A DNA stretch of 63,842 bases, filler included, from Octopus bimaculoides (taxonomy: Eukaryota), in the NCBI RefSeq assembly GCF_001194135.2. It is 6 parts of 6 records of this genome, joined end to end, with 100 filler letters (N's around TTAATTAATTAA, not from the genome) between each part and the next. Parts side by side here need not be neighbours in the genome. Positions count along the whole stretch, not along the records: positions 47,776 to 53,451 come from NC_069006.1; positions 53,552 to 58,829 come from NC_068992.1; positions 58,930 to 62,569 come from NW_026349582.1; 3 more parts are not named here. One strand, 5' to 3'. A model generated the notes under the pieces. It was not told the origin of the DNA. It ran no database searches and saw nothing but the letters and a program-made list of their open reading frames with translations. Shown here piece after piece: positions 49,892 to 62,545 of this stretch (position 1 is the stretch's first letter; the number at the start of each line of letters is the position of its first letter). The position numbers and the translations under genes are program-made.

Positions 49892-50149
49892 ACACACATA
49901 TATTAATATGTTTGTATGTATGCATGTATGTATACATGTACGTATCCAACCTAAATAGTATCTTTCTAAACAGGGGCTAATTTAACTGTTTTTCTGTATC
50001 GATTAAGCTAACGATTCTGCCAAATCACCGCCTCAGTTGTAAATTAAATATTACGGTGTATAGCTATATGAATTCTGCCAAACAGACATGGGTAAATTTT
50101 TCTGGCAGAAATACAGTTTTATATTCTGAATATCATTGCTGCAGATTCC

Positions 50150-50410
50150 ATTATTAACATGGCCGAGGTCATCTGTACAAAATAAAACATACCTATCCAG
50201 AGTAAAGACTCTATCGAAATGACGGCAAATGAATTTAAGTATTGTTTATGAATTATAGAGAATAGCGATGTTATCACTCTCTCCAACTATGTTTGGAAAC
50301 TGAAAGAGTGTGAAATGAAATTGGACATTTACGGGGGGAAAATGTTGAACAATGCAAGCTTTACATAAACGAATGAACTGCAATTGGTTGCAGTAAAAAT
50401 CGATAAACCG
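50150..50410 (+). mobile_element. Penelope-like element GIY-YIG endonuclease C-terminal remnant
   Basis: IEMTANEFKYCL* then TLSNYVWKLKE then NCNWLQ*K, resembling PLE YIG.T..EFK.RY..H / LS.Y.W.LK / C.LC..EK motifs. Confidence 0.55.
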
Positions 50411-50689
50411 GTTGATGTTTCTCTAGATGTATATACCTATCTAGATAAATAGATCAATCGATCGTGCATGTCACATGATATTTTTGATTTCGGATGATAA
50501 AAAGTAGGTCAGCAAAAGTCATAGATATGAATTTACCCGAGGGGCATAATTTACCTTGTTTCCTTGAATTAGAATTCAATTTTCTCCTCCTTCTTCGTAC
50601 CACATATTGCTTCTCTCGAACCCCCACTTTTCACACAGTTTCCAATGAAGAACTTTCGCATCCTCAAAGAATTTGTTTTCTAGAATTCT

Positions 50690-50767
50690 TGCAGTGAAAC
50701 ATTGGGGTCGATGTTATCGACTCATCTCCTCCCCCAAAATTTCAGGCCTTGTGCTTTGGTAAAAAGG

Positions 50768-50817
<50 letters not shown>

Positions 50818-51065
50818 CCTCCTCCTCCTCATTATTATTATTATTATTATTAAGAAGTTGGCGAGCTGGCAGAATCGTTAGGGCATCGGGCAAAATGCTT
50901 CATGGCATTTCGTCCGACTTTACGTACCGAGTTCAAATTCCGCCCAGGTCAACTTTGCCTTCTTATACTTTCGGGGTCGAGGAAATAACTACCAGTGAAA
51001 CACTGTGGTCCATGTAATCGACTGGTTCCCTCCCCACAAAAATTTCAGGCCTTGTGACTTAAGTA
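50690..51065 (+). mobile_element. SINE A tail + (ATT)n + full SINE A
   Basis: GGCGAGCTGGCAGAATCGTTAGGGC at about 50860, with the B-box GAGTTCAAATTCC. Confidence 0.8.
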
Positions 51066-51279
51066 GAAATGATTATTGATGTCGTAGAAGTAGTTGTAGT
51101 GGTAGAGGAACTGTATAAATGCCTTAGCTTGCACGAATGCTTGGTGTTTTGGATGAAAAGGGGAACTGTGCGGAAGTACACTGTTTTCAGGCGGCCATTG
51201 TCAACTTGTTGTTGACACGAGAGAGATTTTAATAACGGGAGGTCAGGTGCTGTTGGCTGTGGGTCTATTTATGGGAAAT

Positions 51280-51387
51280 GGTAAAAAGAGATGGAGGGGG
51301 AATGTGTGTGGGAGGGAGTGAAAGGAATAGAGAATGAGAAAGAGAGAGAGAGTGGGGGAGAGAGAGAAGGAGGATATGGGCGAGGAA

Positions 51388-51418
<31 letters not shown>

Positions 51419-51617
51419 CTATGTAGAGCAAGAGAAACTAGGAATGAGGGAGGGAAAGAGAGAGAGACAGGAAGAGAAATGAGCGAGAAACGAGAAAAAA
51501 AGAGAGAGAAGGTAAGAGAGAAAGAGTAAAAGAAAAACTTGAGACGGAGGAAATGGAGAGAAAATGAGAGAGGAAGAGAGAGAGACAGACAGAGAGACAG
51601 AGAGAGAGAGAGAGAGG

Positions 51618-51649
<32 letters not shown>

Positions 51650-51745
51650 AAAGGCAAGACAGAACAAGAGAGAGAAAGCGAGAAAGACAGAGAGAAAGAG
51701 AGAGAGAGAGAGAGAGGAAGAATGAGAAAACAACGATGAAATAAT
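51280..51745. repeat. Long polypurine (GA-rich) tract
   Basis: About 460 nt of predominantly G/A sequence on the + strand. Confidence 0.9.
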
Positions 51746-52957
51746 ATATGTATACACACATGTATGTGTGTGTGTGTGTGTGNNNNNNNNNNNNNNNNNN
51801 NNNNNNNNNNNNNNNNNNNNNNNNNNNNNNNNNNNNNNNNNNNNNNNNNNNNNNNNNNNNNNNNNNNNNNNNNNNNNNNNNNNNNNNNNNNNNNNNNNNN
51901 NNNNNNNNNNNNNNNNNNNNNNNNNNNNNNNNNNNNNNNNNNNNNNNNNNNNNNNNNNNNNNNNNNNNNNNNNNNNNNNNNNNNNNNNNNNNNNNNNNNN
52001 NNNNNNNNNNNNNNNNNNNNNNNNNNNNNNNNNNNNNNNNNNNNNNNNNNNNNNNNNNNNNNNNNNNNNNNNNNNNNNNNNNNNNNNNNNNNNNNNNNNN
52101 NNNNNNNNNNNNNNNNNNNNNNNNNNNNNNNNNNNNNNNNNNNNNNNNNNNNNNNNNNNNNNNNNNNNNNNNNNNNNNNNNNNNNNNNNNNNNNNNNNNN
52201 NNNNNNNNNNNNNNNNNNNNNNNNNNNNNNNNNNNNNNNNNNNNNNNNNNNNNNNNNNNNNNNNNNNNNNNNNNNNNNNNNNNNNNNNNNNNNNNNNNNN
52301 NNNNNNNNNNNNNNNNNNNNNNNNNNNNNNNNNNNNNNNNNNNNNNNNNNNNNNNNNNNNNNNNNNNNNNNNNNNNNNNNNNNNNNNNNNNNNNNNNNNN
52401 NNNNNNNNNNNNNNNNNNNNNNNNNNNNNNNNNNNNGTAAATGCTATCCCGATTTAGGTTATATTGAATCTATATGACACGATTTTGCGTGTCTGTGCCC
52501 GAGTGATTCCAGCAAATGGTGCAATGGTCTTTCTTTTGTTGTCGTCGTGCGTTTATCGTTACCGTTTCTGTTGTTGTTGTAGATAATAAAAGGAAGACGT
52601 TCCTAAAAGAAATGGAAAAGTGCATGTATATATATATATATATATAAAGAGACAGAAAAGGGAGAGAAAGAAAGGAAGAGAACGAAAAAGTGAGAGATAG
52701 AGGAAGAGATATGCACAGACACAAAGACACACATATATGTATACATATATATTTATACATACGCATACACATAATATATTTTCTAAAAATATGCCTGTGT
52801 GTATGTATGCATTACACACACACACATACGCATGTATGTATATATCTATGCGTGTGTGTGTGTGTGTGTGTTTGTATATATGTATGTGTATGAATAGTAT
52901 AGAGCAACAGCTTTTCTCACATTTCGATGGGTCTTCTTAATGTATTTCAATATGTTA

Positions 52958-53000
<43 letters not shown>

Positions 53001-53216
53001 ATGTATGTGTATCCTACACACACACAAATACATACGCGCGCGCGCGCATACGTATATATTTGTGTGTGCATGTTCTTATCTACACTCCTTACGTCTGACC
53101 TTTGTGTTCTTTATATATATATGTATGTATGTATATATATATATATACACACATATATATACACACACATATATATATACATATATATATATACATATAT
53201 ATATAGAGAGAGACAG

Positions 53217-53278
<62 letters not shown>

Positions 53279-53579
53279 ATGATAGAAAATGGATTGAACG
53301 ACATTCTGTATTTAAACTCACTACAATTGTTTCGACACATTTTTACACTCATAGTACATTGGTGAGATGATATAAATAACGTGTGTAATCTCTATCATCC
53401 ATCCAAGGTATAAGACGCTCATCTTCAGGTAATTGCTTAAATAAGTTCTTCNNNNNNNNNNNNNNNNNNNNNNNNNNNNNNNNNNNNNNNNNNNNTTAAT
53501 TAATTAANNNNNNNNNNNNNNNNNNNNNNNNNNNNNNNNNNNNNNNNNNNNCGCGCGCACGTGTGTGTGTGTATAAGTG

Positions 53580-53735
53580 TGTATTTGAAGAGATTCCACA
53601 CAGTTTCCAGCTACCAAATTCATTCACAAGGCATTGGTCGGTCCGGAGCTTTAGTAAAAGACACTTGGCCAAAGTAGCGTGCAGTGGAACTAAACCCCAA
53701 ACCACGTGGCTTTAAAACATACTTCTTAACCACAC
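53580..53735 (-). mobile_element. SINE D 5' half
   Basis: CAAATTCATTCACAAGGCATTGGTCGG...AAGACACTTGGCC..GTGGAACTAAACCC. Confidence 0.7.
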
Positions 53736-53826
53736 GTTAAGTCAGTGAAACATTTTCGCCCTGAATATGAGCTGCTGAAATTAGGATGCGTCTAATATGT
53801 TCGTGTATCTATTATGTCATCAAACA

Positions 53827-54360
53827 CGAGCTGGCAGAATCATTAGCACACCGGATGAAATGCTTAGCAGCATTTCTTTCGGCAAAGTCGACCTCAGCCG
53901 AATTTGAACTCAGAACGTAAAGACGGGCGAAGTGCTGCTAAGCATTCTGTTCTTCATGCTAACGACTCTGCCAGCCCACCACGTTAATGATAATAATAGT
54001 TCTGAGTTCAAATGGCGCCGAGGTCGATTTTGCCTTTCATCTTTTTGGGGATCGATAAAATAAGTACCAATCAAGTACTGGGGTCGATATAATCGACTTA
54101 CTCCTCTCCAAAAAATTGCTAGCCTTCGGTCAAAAATTGAAACTATTATTATCATTAAAGCGAGTGGCTGGCAGAATCGTTAGCATGAAGGACGAAATGC
54201 GTGGCAACATTTCACTCGTCTTTACGTTCTGAGTTCAAATGCTGCTGAGGTCGACTTTGCCTTTCAACCTTTCGGGATCGATAAAATAAATACCAGTCAA
54301 GTAGTGGAGTCGATGTAATCAGCTAGCCCCTTCTCTCTAAAATTTCAGCCAGTGTCTACA
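53827..54360. mobile_element. Cluster of SINE A copies in mixed orientation
   Basis: A + head at 53827-53885, a - copy at about 53880-53978, and + copies at about 53996-54140 and 54160-54360. Confidence 0.8.
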
Positions 54361-54452
54361 GAAGAGGGGATTATTATTATTGTCATTATTATTATAATAT
54401 TTGTTCCGTCGTCCTTGTGGCAGTAAGGGAAAACATTATCATTATTATTTTC

Positions 54453-54498
<46 letters not shown>

Positions 54499-54979
54499 TA
54501 ATAATAGTAATAATAATTTTTATTATTATTATCCCATCCTCCCACCGCCATATTTTTGCTGCCTTCTTCATGCTCCAGAAAATAGCATCAATATTATTTT
54601 TACTGAAATCATTTTCATTGATAATTCATTATTGTTTATGAGAGCGATGTAACAGAAATGGTGGAAGAGGTGTGTGTNNNNNNNNNNGGAAGAAGTTGCG
54701 GAATCAGCTCGATGGGGGAAGGGGGTGGGTGAGACGTGGTTTTATTGTTTTGGGCAATGTTTAAAGCACGCATAAACTCTCACACATACTCACACTTAAA
54801 CCTATACAAACACATATACATACATGATTACACACACACATATGTATATATATGTATATATATATGTGTGTATACATACATAAATAAATACATACATACA
54901 TACATAAATATAAGTATTTTATGTATATATATATATATATGTATATATGTGTGTATATATACATATATATATATATGGA

Positions 54980-55021
<42 letters not shown>

Positions 55022-55269
55022 CTAATCTATTTGTTTCACTTTTTATGACTAGACGTCTTTCTCAATTTCAATTCTATTCCACTCTCTCTCCTACCAAATT
55101 TGTTTGGAATCTTTTCCACCTAGTAGTAGCAGTGGTTGTAGTGGTGGATGTGTGAGTTGTAGTAGTAGTAGTTGTAGTAATAGTAGTAGTAGTAGTAACA
55201 GTTCTTTTATTTGTTGCGTCAATATTTGCTTTTGGTAAGTAATTGTTGTTTCCTCATATAAGAAAATGC

Positions 55270-55730
55270 CACCATCATCGTCATAATCGTCATCATTATC
55301 ATCATCATCATTAGCATCATCATCATCATTAGCATCATCATCATCATTAGCATCATCATCATTACCTCCCACCACCACCACCACCACCACCACAATTACC
55401 ATCACTATCACCATTGTATCGTCATCACCGCTGTCGTTGTCATAGTTATAATCTTATCACCACTAGCGCCCACAACACCACCACTACCACCATAACTACC
55501 ACCACCACCACCACCACCACCATTGCCTTTCTTATCATCACTATCATCACTATCATCACAACCACAACCACAACCACAACCACAAACACCATCACTATCA
55601 CCATATCAAAGTTGTCGTCATCATCATAATCTTATCACTACCACCCACCACCACCATCACTCGCCACCACCATCACTCGCCACCACCATCACTCGCCACC
55701 TCCACCACCACCATCACGTCACCACCACCA
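55270..55730. repeat. Cryptic (CAT/CAC)n low-complexity region
   Basis: Directly visible; a complementary-type (GTG) tract lies at about 60470-60900. Confidence 0.85.
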
Positions 55731-56445
55731 CNNNNNNNNNNNNNNNNNNNNNNNNNNNNNNNNNNNNNNNNNNNNNNNNNNNNNNNNNNNNNNNNNNNNN
55801 NNNNNNNNNNNNNNNNNNNNNNNNNNNNNNNNNNNNNNNNNNNNNNNNNNNNNNNNNNNNNNNNNNNNNNNNNNNNNNNNNNNNNTGACAACAACAACAA
55901 CAAAAACAACAACAGCAACAACTACAACAACAAAGTCATCATCGTCCTCATCAAAAATTATTATTTAACAAAAAGATTTCTCTTGTCTTTTATTTGAACC
56001 TGTATCTCTGTCACTCTATTTCTTTCAATTTCTACACAAGCTTCTCTCACCATTTTTCATCCCTCTACTCTCTCAATCTATGTCTGTCAGTCTCTCTCTC
56101 TCTCTCTCTTTCTCTCTATCTTTCTGTCTCTGTCTGTGTCTCTCTCTCTATCTCTCTCACTTGGGAATAACTTCCCTTTTCTATACTCCCTTATTGCCCA
56201 TCAAAATCTTTATTCACTGCCTTTCATACTCCCACTGTGTATGTATGTATGTATGTATGTATGTATGTATGTATGTATGTATGTATGTATGTGTGTGTGT
56301 GTGTGTATTTACACATGAAAAAAAATAATGACATTTAGGTAATTGGAGTGCTTACACAAGAGTCTTTCACACATACATACATACACATATCGTATACACG
56401 CATACATACCCCTCATATATAATGTATCTACGTGTGTGTGTATGT

Positions 56446-56481
<36 letters not shown>

Positions 56482-56490
56482 ATCTATGTA

Positions 56491-56694
56491 CGAGTGGGTG
56501 CTGAAAAGATCCTGGTTTTAAGGCCAGATTGGAGGCCCAACCTTCCGGGTTCTTTTATGGGGCTTAGAAAAACTGAAGGACCCCTGCACTAAGTGTGTGA
56601 ATCTGAGAGGGGAATATGCTGAGTAAAATCATAATTAACTAATCCTCCAGTATTTTCTTTTACCTAAAGCCAGGAACTTTTCAGCTTCTCATCG
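56491..56694 (+). mobile_element. Internally deleted mariner (MITE-like)
   Basis: TA|CGAGTGGGTGCTGAAAAGATCCTGGTTTTA pairs imperfectly with TAAAGCCAGGAACTTTTCAGCTTCTCATCG. The interior encodes a mariner C-terminus-like stretch (..KLKDPCTKCVNLRGEYAE*). Confidence 0.75.
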
Positions 56695-56719
56695 GATATG
56701 TATATACATGTATGAGTAG

Positions 56720-56945
56720 GGAGAATTCATAAAAAAAAACAACAAAAAAAAACAACAGACGAAGACAGGTGGTGTTGAAAACAAATAGATGTATTAGTAT
56801 AGCGTTCGGGAATGGAGAAATTCTTTAACCTTTCGAGCTTACGCTCTTCTACAGAAAGGAACACGGAAAGAAACAAGGAGAGAAAGAAATGTGTGTAGTG
56901 GTCAGCGATCTATCATAGCGAATGCCGGACAGAAGGGTCACACAG
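56720..56945 (-). mobile_element. Family E repeat copy
   Basis: Reverse complement of the 35322-35515 element, containing CTTT-CTGTAGA-A-GAGC-GTAA-GCTC-GAAA-GGTT-AAAG. Confidence 0.65.
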
Positions 56946-57512
56946 GAGAATTAAGAGGAAGGGGAGATAAGAGTATGTGTATACACACACAGAGGGGCGT
57001 GCGCACACACACACAACGGCATATATAGGAAAGGAAGTTATTTTATTCCACACGGGTAAAAACAAAGAAAAAAGAAGTTTAAAAAATACTATAAGTCTTT
57101 TAGAGGGTTTACCTTTATAGGCTTAACCGGTTTCACACATATTTTGTGCAAAATATATAATCACATGACAGTAACGCACGGACGTAGCAGGGAGCTTGCA
57201 AAAGTTTCTAAGCCTAATCACGTGATCGTCTTCTACCAATCGAATTATATCCTAAACAGATACTAATTTCAGCAATTTTCTCTCCATAAAAAGAAGAGAA
57301 TTTCCGAACTCCATTCAGAAGTAAGAGAATTACAGCATCGCCCCACATATTCCTATCTCACTTAACTTTTGAAAATCATAAAAATCTGTGAGACCGGTTT
57401 AGCCTTTAAAAATAAACCATTTAAAAGACTCCCAGTGAATTTTCAACTTCTTACACACTCACACACACACATACACACATATCTGCCAATATACATATAT
57501 ATATAAATATAC

Positions 57513-57546
<34 letters not shown>

Positions 57547-58181
57547 NNNNNNNNNNNNNNNNNNNNNNNNNNNNNNNNNNNNNNNNNNNNNNNNNNNNNN
57601 NNNNNNNNNNNNNNNNNNNNNNNNNNNNNNNNNNNNNNNNNNNNNNNNNNNNNNNNNNNNNNNNNNNNNNTATACATATATATTTATATATATATATATA
57701 TATATACATATATACACATATACATATATATATATTCATATATATATATACATACATATATGCATATATACATATATATACATATATATATGTATGTATG
57801 TATGTTTATGTATATATATATATATATATATATGCATACGTAGAGAAAAAGAGGGAGAGAGAAAAATAAAAAAGATGATAGATATATATATATATATGCG
57901 TGTATACACAGCCATACACAAACAGAAAATCACACACATAGAAACTCCCCCTCTCTCTCTATGTATCTATCCATATCCCTCCCTCTTTACACTCCTCTCT
58001 CTACAACTCTCTTTCTCCCCCCTCCCTCCCACCTCTCTCTCTCCCTCTCTCTCTCCCTCTCTCTCTACTTATATTAATTATTTTTCTCGGATTATTTCCA
58101 GCTACACACTTTCGTGCGCAAATATTTCCCATAAACTTCATTTTCATATTCTATTTTATTAATTATTATTATTATCACTTG

Positions 58182-58236
<55 letters not shown>

Positions 58237-58728
58237 TTAAATAAGTGGTTGTACCCTTCAGCTCTAACAATTGTATATTATAGCCCTTGGGCTAAGTAAT
58301 ATCTCGTTTTCCTTTCAATTATTTACAGCTTCTTCGTTTCCTGAAATCCCTATCATCATTGCACAACGCTAAACACACACAACACACACAACACACACAC
58401 ACACGCACACACGCACACGCACGCACACATACACACTAGCGCACTCGCACTCTCTCTCTCTTTCTCTCTCTTCATCCTCTCTGTCTCACACGCACGCACT
58501 TGCCCATACGCACAAGGGTTGTACGTGTTTTCATATGTGTTTGTGGACATGTGTTTTTTTTTGAATGAGTATGTGTACGCGCGCGCGCGTGTGTGTGCAT
58601 GCGTGTATATAATAAATATATATATATGCATGTGTGTGTATGCGTCTGTGTCTCTGCGTGTGTAGCATTGTATGTATTTTTGGACATATGCATATGCACA
58701 TATATATACACACACACATATATGTCTG

Positions 58729-58778
<50 letters not shown>

Positions 58779-58929
58779 CATACATATATATACATATATA
58801 CATACATATATACATATCTGTCTGTATATNNNNNNNNNNNNNNNNNNNNNNNNNNNNNNNNNNNNNNNNNNNNTTAATTAATTAANNNNNNNNNNNNNNN
58901 NNNNNNNNNNNNNNNNNNNNNNNNNNNNN

Positions 58930-59045
58930 GCAAAAAGAGACCGATAGAATAAGTATTAGGCTTACAAAAAATAAGTCCTGGAGTCCGTTTGTGTGACTAA
59001 AGGTGGTGCTCCAGCATGGCCGCAGTCCAATGACAAACAAATGAA
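58930..59045 (+). mobile_element. SINE D 3' fragment
   Basis: AAAAAGAGACCGATAGAATAAGTA...GGTGCTCCAGCATGGCCGCAGTC. Confidence 0.7.
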
Positions 59046-59480
59046 GAGTGTATATATATATATATCTGTCCCCCTATCTCTCTCTATATATATGTATGTT
59101 TCTGTGCACGTTAGTGTGTGTGTACTTGTATATGTGTGTGTATATGTGTGCATGTATGGCATATGTGTGTACAAGAGTGTTAGTACGAACATGCATATAA
59201 AAAGTATATGCGGATATAGGTCTTTGTGTGTATGTGTGTATGTATGTATGTGTGTAAATAGATACACGTACATATAAATATATTCATGTATATATATAAA
59301 TATATATATATTATTATTTATTTATGCGCCCTTTTTAAAGCCTAGCTAGGCTCATGGGCCCGGTTTCCCGGTTTCTATGGCGTATGTGTTAGAAGTACAT
59401 AGATAAATAGAGAGAGATAGAGAGATATAGATACGGAGAGATAGAGAGACACACAGATAGATATCGTGATAGATAGATAG

Positions 59481-59868
59481 TTGTTGTTGTGGCACTCCGT
59501 CGCTTACGACGTCGAGGGTTCCAGTTGATCCGATCAACGGAACAGCCTGCTCGTGAAATTAACGTGCAAGTGGCTGAGCACTCCACAGACACGTGTACCC
59601 TTAACGTAGTTCTCGGGGATATTCAGCGTGACACAGTGTGACAAGGCTGGCCCTTTGAATTACAGGCACAACAGAAATAGGAAGTAAGAGTGAGAGAAAG
59701 TTGTGGTGAAAGAGTACAGCAGGGTTTGCCACCATCCCCTGCCGGAGCCTCGTGGAGCTTTTAGGTGTTTTCGCTCAATAAACACTCACAAGGCCCGGTC
59801 TGGGAATCGAAACCACGATACTATGACCGCGAGTCTGCTGCCCTAACCACTGGGCCATTGCGCCTCCA
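59481..59868 (-). mobile_element. SINE family C with (AAC)n tail
   Basis: Reverse complement of the 22985-23362 element. Confidence 0.82.
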
Positions 59869-62005
59869 CAGATAGATAGATAAGCAAACAAATAGATAAT
59901 AGATAGATAGATAGATAGATACAGAGGAAGAGAGAGAGAGANNNNNNNNNNGAAATTAACGTGCAAGTGGCTGAGCACTCCACAGACACGTGTACCCTTA
60001 ACGTAGTTCTCGGGGATATTCAGCGTGACACAGTGTGACAAGGCTGGCCCTTTGAATTACAGGCACAACAGAAATAGGAAGTAAGAGTGAGAGAAAGTTG
60101 TGGTGAAAGAGTACAGCAGGGTTTGCCACCATCCCCTGCCGGAGCCTCGTGGAGCTTTTAGGTGTTTTCGCTCAATAAACACTCACAAGGCCCGGTCTGG
60201 GAATCGAAACCACGATACTATGACCGCGAGTCTGCTGCCCTAACCACTGGGCCATTGCGCCTCCACAGATAGATAGATAAGCAAACAAATAGATAATAGA
60301 TAGATAGATAGATAGATACAGAGGAAGAGAGAGAGAGAGAGAGAGAGAGAGATGAGATATAAAAAGAGGAGCAACAAAGCAATGTAGATTTAAATAAAAA
60401 TTCCACTGCCATTTTGTTATTGATCAAAGTGGAGATCCATATCGGTGAATAGTAAATGATATCAATTGTCCGGTGGAGGTGGAGTGTTGCGGTGATACTG
60501 GCGGTATGAGTAGTGGTGGAGGTGGTATGGCTCGGTGGTTGCGGTGATGTAGTGTAGTGACGTTGCATTGATTGTTGTTGTTGTTGGTAGTCGTGGTGGT
60601 GATGCTGATGCTGATGGAGATAGCAGTGTTGGTGGTAGCGGTGGTGATGGTGAGGGAGATAATGTGATGGTGGTGGTGGTGGTGGTGGTGAGGATAATGG
60701 TGATGATGGTCGTAGCAGTGGTGGTGACGGGGATGTTGGTGGTTGTGGTGGGATAGAGTGTGGTGGCAGTGGCAGTGGCGATGGTAGGGTTGTAATTGGG
60801 GGTGTGAAGTGGGAGGTAGAGTGGTAGTGTTGCTGTGATGGCATTGTGTTGCATGGAATAGTTTGGCGGCGGAGCTGTGATGCGAGATGGTGTGGTGTCG
60901 AATGACGTCTTAAATTAATTGATCATCGATATCAGTTTTGTTTTTGTGATGGTGTTCTAGTTAATGATTGATTAGTCCAGTGATGGTGGTGGTGGTGGTG
61001 ATGGTGCATGGCTATTGATATATAAAAAAAAAGAGAAACNNNNNNNNNNNNNNNNNNNNNNNNNNNNNNNNNNNNNNNNNNNNNNNNNNNNNNNNNNNNN
61101 NNNNNNNNNNNNNNNNNNNNNNNNNNNNNNNNNNNNNNNNNNNNNNNNNNNNNNNNNNNNNNNNNNNNNNNNNNNNNNNNNNNNNNNNNNNNNNNNNNNN
61201 NNNNNNNNNNNNNNNNNNNNNNNNNNNNNNNNNNNNNNNNNNNNNNNNNNNNNNNNNNNNNNNNNNNNNNNNNNNNNNNNNNNNNNNNNNNNNNNNNNNN
61301 NNNNNNNNNNNNNNNNNNNNNNNNNNNNNNNNNNNNNNNNNNNNNNNNNNNNNNNNNNNNNNNNNNNNNNNNNNNNNNNNNNNNNNNNNNNNNNNNNNNN
61401 NNNNNNNNNNNNNNNNNNNNNNNNNNNNNNNNNNNNNNNNNNNNNNNNNNNNNNNNNNNNNNNNNNNNNNNNNNNNNNNNNNNNNNNNNNNNNNNNNNNN
61501 NNNNNNNNNNNNNNNNNNNNNNNNNNNNNNNNNNNNNNNNNNNNNNNNNNNNNNNNNNNNNNNNNNNNNNNNNNNNNNNNNNNNNNNNNNNNNNNNNNNN
61601 NNNNNNNNNNNNNNNNNNNNNNNNNNNNNNNNNNNNNNNNNNNNNNNNNNNNNNNNNNNNNNNNNNNNNNNNNNNNNNNNNNNNNNNNNNNNNNNNNNNN
61701 NNNNNNNNNNNNNNNNNNNNNNNNNNNNNNNNNNNNNNNNNNNNNNNNNNNNNNNNNNNNNNNNNNNNNNNNNNNNNNNNNNNNNNNNNNNNNNNNNNNN
61801 NNNNNNNNNNNNNNNNNNNNNNNNNNNNNNNNNNNNNNNNNNNNNNNNNNNNNNNNNNNNNNNNNNNNNNNNNNNNNNNNNNNNNNNNNNNNNNNNNNNN
61901 NNNNNNNNNNNNNNNNNNNNNNNNNNNNNNNNNNNNNNNNNNNNNNNNNNNNNNNNNNNNNNNNNNNNNNNNNNNNNNNNNNNNNNNNNNNNNNNNNNNN
62001 NNNNN

Positions 62006-62345
62006 TATTCAGAACTGGGAATGTCACTTCTCCTATTACAGTGCTTCAAAATGCGATGGACACTTGATTTTAATATTCTTGTCTTATGACTTGGTTTGCT
62101 GCACAGTTTTTCTTGATCTCTTGCAATACATTCCACGTATCCATTCTTGCTTTGTACGGTTCATCATGTACATAGCCTTACGGAATGTTTCTTGTACTCG
62201 TTCTGAACAGTTCCATATGCTACATAGTTCATTCTAATTCGAGTAACAGTACGTTGCGTCAATAGATTTGCTTGAAACTAACCTCTAGACAACATTTAGA
62301 CTTCCACTACATTTTCTAAACTTCTGAAACAATTTAGGATTAATT
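62006..62345 (-). mobile_element. Tc1/mariner-superfamily transposase N-terminal fragment, truncated by a gap
   Basis: Minus-strand pieces RKLILNCFRSLENVVEV, YGTVQNEYKKHS and KPSHKTRILKSSVHRILK resemble the paired-like HTH region of ITm transposases. Confidence 0.6.
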
Positions 62346-62492
62346 TTCTTTGTATACATTTTTAGATACGCTCTGTATATATTTTATGTCTACCAGCGAT
62401 AGCATTTATACATGCATATATATATGTGTGTGTACATATGATGGTATAAACATATCTACATATATACACACACATAAACATACATGTATGTG

Positions 62493-62545
<53 letters not shown>

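Noticed and set aside
59557-60345. Near-exact direct duplication of a SINE C segment and flank (about 59557-59941 vs 59952-60345)
   Set aside because: The copies look identical and are separated by a 10-N gap, typical of an unmerged contig overlap.
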